From Candidatus Yanofskybacteria bacterium RIFCSPHIGHO2_01_FULL_44_24 (GTDB taxonomy: Bacteria > Patescibacteriota > Minisyncoccia > 2-02-FULL-40-12 > GWA2-44-9), in assembly GCA_001794215.1 (NCBI GenBank), contig MGJK01000015.1:23684-87683 (forward strand): a DNA stretch of 64,000 nt, read 5' to 3'. Position 1 is the first letter of the stretch. The number at the start of each line of letters is the position of its first letter. The position numbers and the translations under genes were made by a program. Positions 9,178 to 18,566 of the stretch are shown piece after piece. A model generated the notes under the pieces. That model searched no databases. It was not told the DNA's origin and saw nothing but the letters and a program-made list of their open reading frames with translations.

Positions 9178-10437
9178 ATGAGCATTCTCAACTTAGCGAT
9201 AGAGAATCCCTGGTGGAAAAACGCCGTTATCTACGAAGTTTACGCCGATAAATTTGCCAAAAATTTCAAAGGGTTTGCCGATAAATTAGGTTACTTGAAA
9301 GATTTAGGCATAAATTGCATCTGGATTTTGCCCCACTATCCGTCTCCTATGGTAGATGACGGATATGACGTATCTGATTATATGAGCGTCCGGTCGGAGT
9401 TAGGCACATTAGGCGATTTTCGCCGGTTTGCCTCGAAAGCTCACAAGATGGGCATAAAAGTAATCGTTGATTTTGTCTTGAACCATGTTTCTATTAGCCA
9501 TCCGTGGTTCAGGGAACGGCCTGAGTTTTTTATCAGATCGAAAACGGCAAAAGAATTTAAGCAGGCGACAAACCCGTTCTCCCATATGAAATCTTCCAAC
9601 TGGATTTGGGACCCGGAGACTAAAGACTACTACTTTGCCTCCTTTTATCCTCAGCAAGCCGACCTAAACTGGGATAATCCCGAAGTTTTTAAAGCAACAA
9701 TAGAAGTTGTTGATTTTTGGATTGGGCAAGGAGTCGACGGTTTCCGTCTTGATGCCGCGCCTTTTTTGATAAAACGCGAAGGAACTGGATGCGTCAATTT
9801 ACCGGAAACTCATGCAATCATAAAAAAGATACGGACCCATGTTGAATCAAGAAATCCCCAAGTGATACTCTTGGCCGAGAGCAACGGCACCCACGAAGAG
9901 ATCAGGTCGTATTTGAACGGTCAGGAGTGCCACATGGCATTTAATTTTCATCTTATGGCAAAAATATACTTTGCCATAATGACGGAAAATCCGTCCGTAG
10001 CCAAAGAGGCGGCGAAGGTTTTGAATGATCCTCCGCCAGACTGCCAATGGGCAATATTCCTGCGCAATCATGACGATCTTACTCTTTCTCACCTTCCGGT
10101 TGAAGAACGCGACGAGCTCTTAGCTCGGCTCGATCCCAAAGCAAAGTATTTGTTCGAGGGCGGCTATGGAACATCTATGCGATTAGCAACAATTTTAAAA
10201 GGCAATAAGAATAAAATCTTAGAGGCATTCCGTCTGTTACTCAGTTTATCCGGAGCACCGGTGATATACTACGGAGACGAGATCGGAATGGAGAATTTAG
10301 AGTTAGCTGAAAAACCGGCTGACAGCCGGAAATACGTCCGCGGTGAATTTAATTGGAAAGAAGCGGAAAAACAGATCAAAGACCCGGGTTCTCTTTTGAA
10401 CGAACTGAGAACTATTATCAAAAATAGAAAAAGTTAG
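9178..10437 (+). CDS. Glycoside hydrolase family 13 (alpha-amylase / trehalose-synthase-like catalytic domain)
   Basis: DVVLNH, GVDGFRLDAAPF, the EGxxE region, and the NHD region (FLRNHDD). Confidence 0.8.
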   Translation: MSILNLAIENPWWKNAVIYEVYADKFAKNFKGFADKLGYLKDLGINCIWILPHYPSPMVDDGYDVSDYMSVRSELGTLGDFRRFASKAHKMGIKVIVDFVLNHVSISHPWFRERPEFFIRSKTAKEFKQATNPFSHMKSSNWIWDPETKDYYFASFYPQQADLNWDNPEVFKATIEVVDFWIGQGVDGFRLDAAPFLIKREGTGCVNLPETHAIIKKIRTHVESRNPQVILLAESNGTHEEIRSYLNGQECHMAFNFHLMAKIYFAIMTENPSVAKEAAKVLNDPPPDCQWAIFLRNHDDLTLSHLPVEERDELLARLDPKAKYLFEGGYGTSMRLATILKGNKNKILEAFRLLLSLSGAPVIYYGDEIGMENLELAEKPADSRKYVRGEFNWKEAEKQIKDPGSLLNELRTIIKNRKS

Positions 10438-12488
10438 GTAATCTTGTGAAATTTCGTTTCCGAAGGCCGAAGGGTGTCGGGATCGATATTATCCTTCTCG
10501 TCTTTTTCAGATAATGGAAATTCTGGAATATCTACACGAGCACCTTCCTTATCGATTACTATCGGAACTATAGTTTTATCTACACCGCTGACATCTATCA
10601 GGCCGAAATAGCGGTGAGCCGGAGTGGAAAACCGGGACAGTATTCTATACATCCTCGCAAGGATATCATTGAATATCGGCACTCCCCTATGGATAACTAT
10701 ATCCTCTTCGCCTATTTCTATGGAGCATCGGTGAATCTCGCCGTAAAGCACGCCCCGGCGCTTTAATTCCCAAAGCACATCTTTAACATTAGGATTTTCC
10801 ATAAATCCGAATTTTACTTGTACGGCTATAATGTTGAAGCCGAAATTTGTAATGGTGTACCTTTCGCCTATGCTAAACGGAGCTTTACCCTGAAGTATAG
10901 AAAGGACGATCATGTGCTTTGGTACCACTCCGTTTCTCTTCAGATAGACGCGCAGAGCAGCCGGCATGCCATCTTCGGGCGCGCTTACGGGATGAGAAGA
11001 CATGAACACAACAACACGGTCTGATTCAACGAGCCATCTTGCCCGGTCGTTCATAATGCCCTTGCTTTCTTCGAGTCGGCGCTTTAAATCTATAAGCCAA
11101 CTCATTTGGCGGGTATCTCCATAGGCGCGATGAGCCGTTCCAACCGCCTTTCTCCCCCATTGCCAGGCCCACATTACGGACAATAATACGAGGGCTACAA
11201 GAATAGGAATATAGCCTCCTTGCAGAAATTTAAGCAAACTGGATCCAAAAAAAGTTAAGTCAAAGAAAAGAAAAATCGTACAGATGGGAATTAATGCCTT
11301 GAGCGGCCATTTCCATCGGTAATTGGCCACGACGAAAAAAGCCAAGGTAGTGATTACCATCGTACCGGCTACGGCTACTCCATAAGCAGCCGCAAGGTTG
11401 CTTGAACTTTTAAAGAAGACGATCAAAATAACACACCCAAGGAATAACGCCCAGTTTATAAAGGGCATGTATATCTGGCCCCTGATATCCGGGTTCGTAT
11501 GTATCGTCTTAACTCTTGGAAAAACTCCAAGAGCCATGGCTTGATGAGTCAGTGAGTATGCGCCTGAAATTAACGCTTGACTGGCTATAACCGTGGCTAC
11601 CGTAGCTAAAATTATCATAGGAAAAAGCGCCCAATCAGGAGACAGAGCATAAAAAAGGTTACCCCCGGGAATTGGCGAGGAGCCAAGCAACATAGCTCCC
11701 TGGCCAAAATAATTCAACAGAAGAGAAGGGTAGACAAAGAAAAACCATGCATTTGTTATCGCCTTTCTCCCGAAGTGTCCCAGATCGGCATACAGCGCTT
11801 CTGCACCGGTAACACAAAGAAATACGCTGCCAAGTATCCATAAAGAACTAAGTCCATGGCTGAGGAGAAATCTAATTCCGTATGTCGGGTTAAGAGCTTG
11901 AAAAACTTCCGGATGTTTAAACAGCTGAGGCATAGCTAAGACGGCAAGAGTCACGAACCACAGTGTCATTACGGGACTGAACAAAACTCCGATTCGAGAA
12001 GTACCCCGTTTTTGCATTTTAAAAAGAAAAAACAGAATAGCAATCGTTATGGGCACCACCATATTAGATAGACCGGGCATGGCGATGCCAAGACCTTCTA
12101 TGGCCGAGACGACTGAAATAGCCGGAGTTATCATTCCGTCACCATACAGTAGCGCGGCTCCAAAGAGCACTAATAGTGTTACCCCCGCAAAAATCTTTCT
12201 TGGAATAACCCCCTGCTCCATTCTGATCAATCCAAGCAAAGCAAATATTCCGCCCTCTCCTTCGTTGTCGGCACGCAAGATAATAAAAATATATTTGAAA
12301 GCGACAATTAAAAAAAGTGACCAGAAAAACAGAGATAGGGCTCCAAAAACGTTGGACGTATTCGTTGCGACCTGATAATGACCGAAAAATATCTCTCTGA
12401 GCGCATAGAGCGGAGATGTACCTATATCTCCGAAAACGATGCCTAAGGAGAGGAAGGGCAGAGCCATGTTTGATAATCTTTTCAGCAT
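10434..12488 (-). CDS. kup: KUP/HAK/KT potassium uptake transporter
   Basis: Signature GDIGTSPLYAL near the N-terminus; 12 TM helices; cytoplasmic C-terminal domain. Confidence 0.9.
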   Translation of the reverse strand: MLKRLSNMALPFLSLGIVFGDIGTSPLYALREIFFGHYQVATNTSNVFGALSLFFWSLFLIVAFKYIFIILRADNEGEGGIFALLGLIRMEQGVIPRKIFAGVTLLVLFGAALLYGDGMITPAISVVSAIEGLGIAMPGLSNMVVPITIAILFFLFKMQKRGTSRIGVLFSPVMTLWFVTLAVLAMPQLFKHPEVFQALNPTYGIRFLLSHGLSSLWILGSVFLCVTGAEALYADLGHFGRKAITNAWFFFVYPSLLLNYFGQGAMLLGSSPIPGGNLFYALSPDWALFPMIILATVATVIASQALISGAYSLTHQAMALGVFPRVKTIHTNPDIRGQIYMPFINWALFLGCVILIVFFKSSSNLAAAYGVAVAGTMVITTLAFFVVANYRWKWPLKALIPICTIFLFFDLTFFGSSLLKFLQGGYIPILVALVLLSVMWAWQWGRKAVGTAHRAYGDTRQMSWLIDLKRRLEESKGIMNDRARWLVESDRVVVFMSSHPVSAPEDGMPAALRVYLKRNGVVPKHMIVLSILQGKAPFSIGERYTITNFGFNIIAVQVKFGFMENPNVKDVLWELKRRGVLYGEIHRCSIEIGEEDIVIHRGVPIFNDILARMYRILSRFSTPAHRYFGLIDVSGVDKTIVPIVIDKEGARVDIPEFPLSEKDEKDNIDPDTLRPSETKFHKIT

Positions 12489-12656
12489 ATAAAAGCGTTG
12501 GACTAACAGGGTCTCAAAGTATCTTCATATTATAGGATAAATCTCTTAAGATATATAGGGGAGGCAATTTCGGATAGGGCTAAAAATTTAGCTGATAAGT
12601 TAAGAATAGACGTAAAGATGATTCTTTTATAAGATCATGGTATACTGGACTTATAG

Positions 12657-13073
12657 ATGAGAAACGCCATTATTTCCATATTATTAATAAGCGCGTCGCT
12701 ATCAGCTGTTTTGGGCTTGATTGTAATGGACCACATGGGTGGGCAGGGCCATAGTGCGTGCCCCTTTGAAGCGGTGAGAATAACTGATTGTTCGCAGATT
12801 CAAAATTTCATATCTTTTATAGCTTCACATCTTAGGGCTTTGTCCAAATTTTCTTTGGCAGTTCTCACTGATGGTTTTACTAACCTGATATCTCTGCTTC
12901 TGTTGTTATCTTTGGCTATAGGAGTGCTTTTTAATAAGTCGGGGCCGCCCCGATTAAAACCACTGCTATCGGCGAACCGGCTTAGAATAGGCTTCGTTTT
13001 ACCTCAAGAAACTTTATTCACGGGCTGGTTCTCTCTCCACGAGAATAGCCCCACATTCATGGAAGGACGCTAA
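12657..13073 (+). CDS. Hypothetical membrane protein
   Basis: 138 aa, with N-terminal and internal TM helices. Confidence 0.35.
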   Translation: MRNAIISILLISASLSAVLGLIVMDHMGGQGHSACPFEAVRITDCSQIQNFISFIASHLRALSKFSLAVLTDGFTNLISLLLLLSLAIGVLFNKSGPPRLKPLLSANRLRIGFVLPQETLFTGWFSLHENSPTFMEGR

Positions 13074-13186
13074 CAATAAGTCGTTAGTCCGCCGTTGCTA
13101 AGGCTTTGGCGAGATAAGTCGAACGATTTGTTGTTTTGCGTCGTTAAACCCTGAAAAAGGGATTTTTTGTCTTTAAATTTAATTCT

Positions 13187-13687
13187 ATGAACAAAAAAGT
13201 AATCGCGGGCATCTTCGTTGGGACTCTTGTCTTAATAGGCGGGCTTATCTGGTTAGCGAAACCTGCACCGGACTCTATCGGTGGTCAGGCGGATACTACG
13301 TCAAGCTTGCTAAAAAGCGATGGTACATTCTTTGATTTTGGAACTATCTCGATGAAAGACGGGGATGTCACGAAAGAATTTATCGTAACAAATCCTACTG
13401 ATAAGGATATTCTTGTTACAACACTTGAAACATCATGTATGTGCACCAAGGCTTTTATGGTCAAACCCGACGGTACGGCTAAAGGGCCTTTCGGAATGCG
13501 GAGTATGGGCTATGCCTGGCCGATTAATGAGACAATTGTTCCGGGAGAAAGTCGTACTATTAGGGTTGTCTATGATCCGAACGCACATGGCCCCGCTGGT
13601 GTAGGTTTAATTGATAGATTCGTAATTCTCACAGAAGAGTCTGGAAGTCAGCTTCAGTTAGAAATAAAGGCGATAGTTAAGCCGTAA
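13187..13687 (+). CDS. DUF1573-like secreted/membrane-anchored protein
   Basis: Signal anchor; FDFGTI..G…F.V.N pattern; conserved CMC. Confidence 0.55.
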   Translation: MNKKVIAGIFVGTLVLIGGLIWLAKPAPDSIGGQADTTSSLLKSDGTFFDFGTISMKDGDVTKEFIVTNPTDKDILVTTLETSCMCTKAFMVKPDGTAKGPFGMRSMGYAWPINETIVPGESRTIRVVYDPNAHGPAGVGLIDRFVILTEESGSQLQLEIKAIVKP

Positions 13688-13691
13688 AACC

Positions 13692-14471
13692 ATGAAGAAA
13701 ACTATAATATTATTGATGGCTGTATTTATTGCAATTATCGGGATAGTATTACTGAAAAACAACCCAGAGACTGCATCGTTTCTGTGGGGTTTAAGCAATG
13801 AGGGCGCGTGGCTTCTGCCTCTTGTTTTAGTCTCCGCACTGCTTGACAGCGTGCATCCGTGTTCATTCTCAATTCTACTCATCACGATTGCGGTTCTGTT
13901 TGGGTTGCAAATATCCAGAAAAAGAATACTACTGGCCGGAGGCGCTTACATTTTTGGTATCTTTGCGTCTTACCTGCTGATAGGGCTTGGGATATTGCAA
14001 GTTCTGCACTTGTTTAATACGCCCCATTTTATGGGAAAGCTCGGCGCCGTCATCCTTGTCTTATTCGGTTTGCTAAATATAGTTGACTACCTATTTCCTC
14101 AATTCCCGCTGAAGCTCAGGATACCTGCAAGCGCCCACTCATCAATGAGCAGGTTAATAGACCGAGCTTCTCTGCCGGCTGCTTTCGGACTGGGCGCCTT
14201 AGTTGGTATCTGTCAGTTTCCTTGTATGGGCGGTCCGTACTTAATGGTTATTGGGTTGCTGCGCGACCAAGTTACTTATCTAAGAGGCTTAAACTACCTG
14301 TTTCTCTATAATATTATCCTTATAATCCCGCTGATCGCCGTACTGATAATCTCAGCAGACAAGATGCTGATAAATAAAATGCAGCAGTGGCAGCAGCAAA
14401 AACGTTCAACTGTAAAAATAGGAGGGGGCATTATAATGATAGCCCTCGGACTGATAATCTATCTGATATGA
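13692..14471 (+). CDS. DsbD/CcdA-family transmembrane thiol-disulfide electron transporter
   Basis: Polytopic; conserved Cys in TM1 (HPCSFS) and TM4 (CQFPCMG), like the CcdA/DsbD beta domain. Confidence 0.55.
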   Translation: MKKTIILLMAVFIAIIGIVLLKNNPETASFLWGLSNEGAWLLPLVLVSALLDSVHPCSFSILLITIAVLFGLQISRKRILLAGGAYIFGIFASYLLIGLGILQVLHLFNTPHFMGKLGAVILVLFGLLNIVDYLFPQFPLKLRIPASAHSSMSRLIDRASLPAAFGLGALVGICQFPCMGGPYLMVIGLLRDQVTYLRGLNYLFLYNIILIIPLIAVLIISADKMLINKMQQWQQQKRSTVKIGGGIIMIALGLIIYLI

Positions 14472-14866
14472 AAATAAACATATGCCCAATTTGTGTTCTT
14501 GTCGGCGGAACTTGGCTTACCCTGAGCTTTCTTGTGGCTTGGAGCTATCTGGATCCGGGACGGTTTATTATTCCGATTGCTATTTTAATGGGGGGATCCG
14601 TTGTTGGCATTGCATATCAGGGAGTCCAGAAGATTGAATGGGCGAATAAACATCCCCTGACCTGGAAATTAATGACAATTATTACAGGCATGCCGGTGTC
14701 GTATGCCCTTGTTTTCAACCTTTCAAAGAGTGTAGTTATCTTGGAATTCATATTACTTCTGCTAACAGCTTATTTCTTTTTCGTGGAATGGCAGAAAAAG
14801 CCGCGCGGATCGGGCGAAAGCCAAAAGATACGCGATATCGAAAAAAAAATGAAGCAATGTTGTTGA
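14468..14866 (+). CDS. Small membrane protein with a CPIC motif
   Basis: ATGA overlap with the upstream stop; MKINICPICVLVGG…; 4 TM helices. Confidence 0.4.
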   Translation: MKINICPICVLVGGTWLTLSFLVAWSYLDPGRFIIPIAILMGGSVVGIAYQGVQKIEWANKHPLTWKLMTIITGMPVSYALVFNLSKSVVILEFILLLLTAYFFFVEWQKKPRGSGESQKIRDIEKKMKQCC

Positions 14867-15861
14867 TGGAACATGATGATTCAATAATAAAAAAAAATAA
14901 AGAAACGGATCCGGATTTCGAACAAGATCAAATCTTGGCGGACGATACCGATCTGAATAGAATTTCTGAAGAGTTAAAACCTCAAAATAGTTTTAAGTTG
15001 CTCAGTATTAGTATTGTTGTGGCCTCAGTCATTGTAGGCAGTTCAATAATATTGGCGGGGCGTTTTAGACCTTCAGATGGGATGCTTTCAGCAAAGGCCA
15101 TAGCAAAGATAGAGCAAGCGGTAACTCCTGAAAAAGGCGTTGTCTTACCCGTTGTCTGGGGAGATCTCGGTAAGCGTCTCGTGGAAAGCGGGGTTATAGA
15201 TCAAACGAAGTTTGAGCAGCTGTATGCAGGCAGGGGCGGCATTGACGATAGTACAAAAGATTTGCTGACAGGAAGCAATAACGGAAAACTATTGATCACG
15301 AAGGGGAATGCAAATTTATTGCTCAATCTCCTTTGGGCCCTCGGACTCGGGACTAAAAATGAAATTCTTGAAAAGGGCGAAATGAGCGACCCGCGGTACG
15401 GAGGCGCTGGAAAATTTGCATCAACGGGCGGCTGGACTCTGTCTCGAGGTGCTCCTATGCAGCACTACTCGGCACATGCGCTAATACCATTGACTCCGGA
15501 ACAGCAAAAATTGGTTGACGAAGTTTCAAGAAATATCTATCGCCCTTGCTGTGGAAATTCTACTCATTTCCCAGACTGTAATCATGGTATGGCTATGCTT
15601 GGACTTCTTGAGCTGATGGCATCACAAGGGGTAAGCGAAAACGATATGTATAAAGCCGCTTTGGCAGTTAACTCTTACTGGTTCCCCGATACTTACTTGA
15701 ATATCGCTCGATATCTTGAGTCAAAAGATATTCCGTGGAGTAAATCTGATCCTAAGGGAATCCTCGGTGCAAATTTCTCAAGCTCTGCCGGTTATCAGGC
15801 CGTACTTAAACAGATTCAACCAGCGACTGGTAGCGGCGGAGGAGGTGGTTGCGGAGTATAG
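14857..15861 (+). CDS. Membrane-anchored Cys/His-rich extracytoplasmic protein
   Basis: TM anchor; PCCGNSTHFPDCNHG motif; Gly/Cys C-terminal tail. Confidence 0.45.
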   Translation: MLLMEHDDSIIKKNKETDPDFEQDQILADDTDLNRISEELKPQNSFKLLSISIVVASVIVGSSIILAGRFRPSDGMLSAKAIAKIEQAVTPEKGVVLPVVWGDLGKRLVESGVIDQTKFEQLYAGRGGIDDSTKDLLTGSNNGKLLITKGNANLLLNLLWALGLGTKNEILEKGEMSDPRYGGAGKFASTGGWTLSRGAPMQHYSAHALIPLTPEQQKLVDEVSRNIYRPCCGNSTHFPDCNHGMAMLGLLELMASQGVSENDMYKAALAVNSYWFPDTYLNIARYLESKDIPWSKSDPKGILGANFSSSAGYQAVLKQIQPATGSGGGGGCGV

Positions 15862-16106
15862 CCAAGAAATATAGTGAGATTGCCCGCTCAATAGGCTTTC
15901 AAGAAGGCGAATTATTAAGTATTATAAATTATATTAAAAATATGGAAAATTTATCACTGAAAAAATATGTTTGGAAATGTGTATTGGGTGCGGAAATAGC
16001 TTACGCGGCCTGCCTGACAGGAGGATTTCTTCCTCTTCGCAGTGTCCGTGGATTAGAATTGCACCACGCTCTATTCGAAACTATTCCCGGTTTTAACCTG
16101 GATTAA
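15849..16106 (+). CDS. Hypothetical small protein
   Basis: 85-aa ORF, translationally coupled to the upstream gene. Confidence 0.3.
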   Translation: MRSIAKKYSEIARSIGFQEGELLSIINYIKNMENLSLKKYVWKCVLGAEIAYAACLTGGFLPLRSVRGLELHHALFETIPGFNLD

Positions 16107-16213
16107 TTTTGGAAGTGTAGCGCTTGGTGCAGTATATATACTTGTACTTGCGTCGATTTTTGGAGGGTACTATGTCTGGATGCATAATCATAGCTTAGAA
16201 ACATCCTGATCTT

Positions 16214-17965
16214 ATGGAGAATCCCCGATTCAAAAAAGTGAGGCTCAAAATCCACGGCATGCACTGTGCGAGCTGTGAAGTTCTCATAGAGCGGAAACTC
16301 AAAAAAGTTGCTGGAATTGAGAAAGTTCAGGTCAGCCACGGGAACGGAAAGGCTGATATTTTATGTTCCTGCGAACTAAATTTGCGTCAGCTTAACAATC
16401 TGGTGAAGGAAGACGGCTATCGGATATCCTCCTGGGACGATCGGAACGACAGTATCTATCCGGGCGTCCATCGAAACACCGCTAAAAATTACCTGCAGAT
16501 AGGCTGGATTTTTCTTGTAATCGTTTCTCTATACTACATCCTGAAGCAATTTAATTTCCTGCCCGATTTTACCATATCCCAGCGAATGAGCTACGGTCTG
16601 ATCTTCCTGATAGGATTAGTCGCCGCATTATCCTCGTGTATTGCTATAGTCGGCGGTTTACTATTGGCGCTCGCCGGGAGATACAGTGAAGAACATCCTA
16701 ATTTGTCCGGTATTAAAAAATTCAAACCGCATATCTATTTTAACTCTGGACGCATAGCAGGATACACCGCCTTTGGCGCTATTGTAGGAGCTCTGGGATC
16801 AGTAATGACTCTCTCACCGAGGACAAATGGCTATCTCATGATCGTAGTCAGTTTAGTGATGCTCACACTCGGATTTCAGTTGCTTCATCTCTTTCCGGGG
16901 TTACGGAGATTTACTCCAAAGATGCCGAAGTTTATCAGCCACAAGATCCATGATCTCAGCACAAAAGAAGGCAAGAGAGCGTCATTCACGCTTGGTGCTT
17001 TAACATTTTTTTTGCCATGCGGGTTCACCCAGGCCTTACAACTGTATGTTTTAGCCAGCGGAGACTGGAAGATAGGAGCATTAACAATGCTGACATTCTC
17101 ATTGGGAACCCTGCCGGCACTTCTCTCGATTAGCGCTATATCAAGTTTTGCAAAGGGCGCATTCCAGCAGCACTTTTTAAGATTTGCGGGTGTATTGATT
17201 GTCCTCCTGTCGCTCTTCAATATAAACAACGGCTTAACTCTTGCGGGTTACAGCTTTGATCCGGCTTCGGCTTTTTCAACGAAGTCAGATGGTACTCCTC
17301 GATGGGATATATCCCCGGTAAAGATTGAGGACGGAAGACAGGTCATAAAAATGACCGTTAACGGATATAGCTATGAACCGAACAGGTTCATAGTCGTTAA
17401 GGACATACCAGTCGAATGGCAAATAGACGGTGCCAATGCGGCCGGATGCGGTAAAGTTATCGTCATACCGTCTTTAGGCATGAGCAAGTATCTCTCGCCT
17501 CAGGGAATCACCACGGTTACATTTACTCCGGAAAAGACAGGAGATATTCCTTTTAACTGCAGTATGGGTATGATGACGCGCGGTTCAGGATTCACCGTAA
17601 TACCCAACAAAACTGGGATTGTGGGAGCAAAAACAGAACTTAGAGCGGACCCGCAAATATCCGTATGCGATCCTGCCATTGCCAGCTGTCCCGAGGTGCA
17701 GAAACTTGCGATCGAGGTCTCGCTTGAACGAGGCGTGGTTCCCCGGTCTCTTATCGCTAAGAAAAATGTACCGATTGAACTAACTATAGACGATAAAGAC
17801 CCTCTTGGCGGTTGCATGTCCGTATGGGTCATACCCGAATACAACGTCACTATTCCTATGAATGGTACCGTGACTAAGAATGTATTCACTCCTACAGAAT
17901 CGGGAACTATAGACATAACTTGCAGTATGGGCTCGAAATTAGCCGAAATTAATGTTTTAGATTAA
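16214..17965 (+). CDS. Fusion protein: HMA metal-binding domain + DsbD_2/TauE-like permease + two C-terminal cupredoxin-like domains
   Basis: GMHCASCE HMA motif; polytopic core with SSCIAIVGG and FFLPCGFTQALQ; two repeated C-terminal domains ending FNCSMGM / ITCSMGS. Confidence 0.65.
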   Translation: MENPRFKKVRLKIHGMHCASCEVLIERKLKKVAGIEKVQVSHGNGKADILCSCELNLRQLNNLVKEDGYRISSWDDRNDSIYPGVHRNTAKNYLQIGWIFLVIVSLYYILKQFNFLPDFTISQRMSYGLIFLIGLVAALSSCIAIVGGLLLALAGRYSEEHPNLSGIKKFKPHIYFNSGRIAGYTAFGAIVGALGSVMTLSPRTNGYLMIVVSLVMLTLGFQLLHLFPGLRRFTPKMPKFISHKIHDLSTKEGKRASFTLGALTFFLPCGFTQALQLYVLASGDWKIGALTMLTFSLGTLPALLSISAISSFAKGAFQQHFLRFAGVLIVLLSLFNINNGLTLAGYSFDPASAFSTKSDGTPRWDISPVKIEDGRQVIKMTVNGYSYEPNRFIVVKDIPVEWQIDGANAAGCGKVIVIPSLGMSKYLSPQGITTVTFTPEKTGDIPFNCSMGMMTRGSGFTVIPNKTGIVGAKTELRADPQISVCDPAIASCPEVQKLAIEVSLERGVVPRSLIAKKNVPIELTIDDKDPLGGCMSVWVIPEYNVTIPMNGTVTKNVFTPTESGTIDITCSMGSKLAEINVLD

Positions 17966-17982
17966 AAATATTAAATAATACT

Positions 17983-18198
17983 ATGAAAACTACAACTCTG
18001 ACAATCCGAGGCACTCATTGTAAGGCATGCAAGACAGTTATAGAGGATTTATCTAAAGACATAAAAGGAGTAAAATCATGTCAGGTAGACTTTAAAACCG
18101 GAACGGCCATTATTGAACATGAAAATGACGCCGATTTGGATGCATTCAAAAGAGCAGTTGAAGACCTGGGTCAATATAAACTATCGACCAATTCTTAA
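17983..18198 (+). CDS. copZ: CopZ-like HMA copper chaperone
   Basis: 71 aa; GTHCKACK metal-binding loop; ferredoxin-like HMA fold. Confidence 0.75.
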   Translation: MKTTTLTIRGTHCKACKTVIEDLSKDIKGVKSCQVDFKTGTAIIEHENDADLDAFKRAVEDLGQYKLSTNS

Positions 18199-18201
18199 CC
18201 T

Positions 18202-18564
18202 ATGGATACGGACAAAATAATACTGACAATTTTAGGAGGTATCGGTATTATCTTTACCTACTGGTTTTTTCTTATGAAAAAAGACCAAGTAGTGAGCGTA
18301 AAAGACGAAATAGAAATCGTAGTCGAGGGAGGCTATTCCCCAGATTCAATCTCTATCCCAAAAGGAAAAACTTCAAGACTGATTTTTTTGAGAAGAGATC
18401 CGAGCGCCTGCCTTGAAGAAGTCGTACTCGGTGATTTTAAGATACGCAGGCAACTGCCCCTGAATCAAAAAGTAACGATCGAACTCACCCCCCAGCAAAT
18501 CGGAGAATTCAAGTACTCCTGCGGAATGGGTATGTACCACGGGAAGATTATAGTAACAAACTAA
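18202..18564 (+). CDS. Membrane-anchored cupredoxin-like copper-binding protein
   Basis: N-terminal TM; C-terminal FKYSCGMGMYHGKIIV (Cys/Met/His ligands), related to the C-terminal domains of the upstream fusion protein. Confidence 0.55.
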   Translation: MDTDKIILTILGGIGIIFTYWFFLMKKDQVVSVKDEIEIVVEGGYSPDSISIPKGKTSRLIFLRRDPSACLEEVVLGDFKIRRQLPLNQKVTIELTPQQIGEFKYSCGMGMYHGKIIVTN

Positions 18565-18566
18565 AT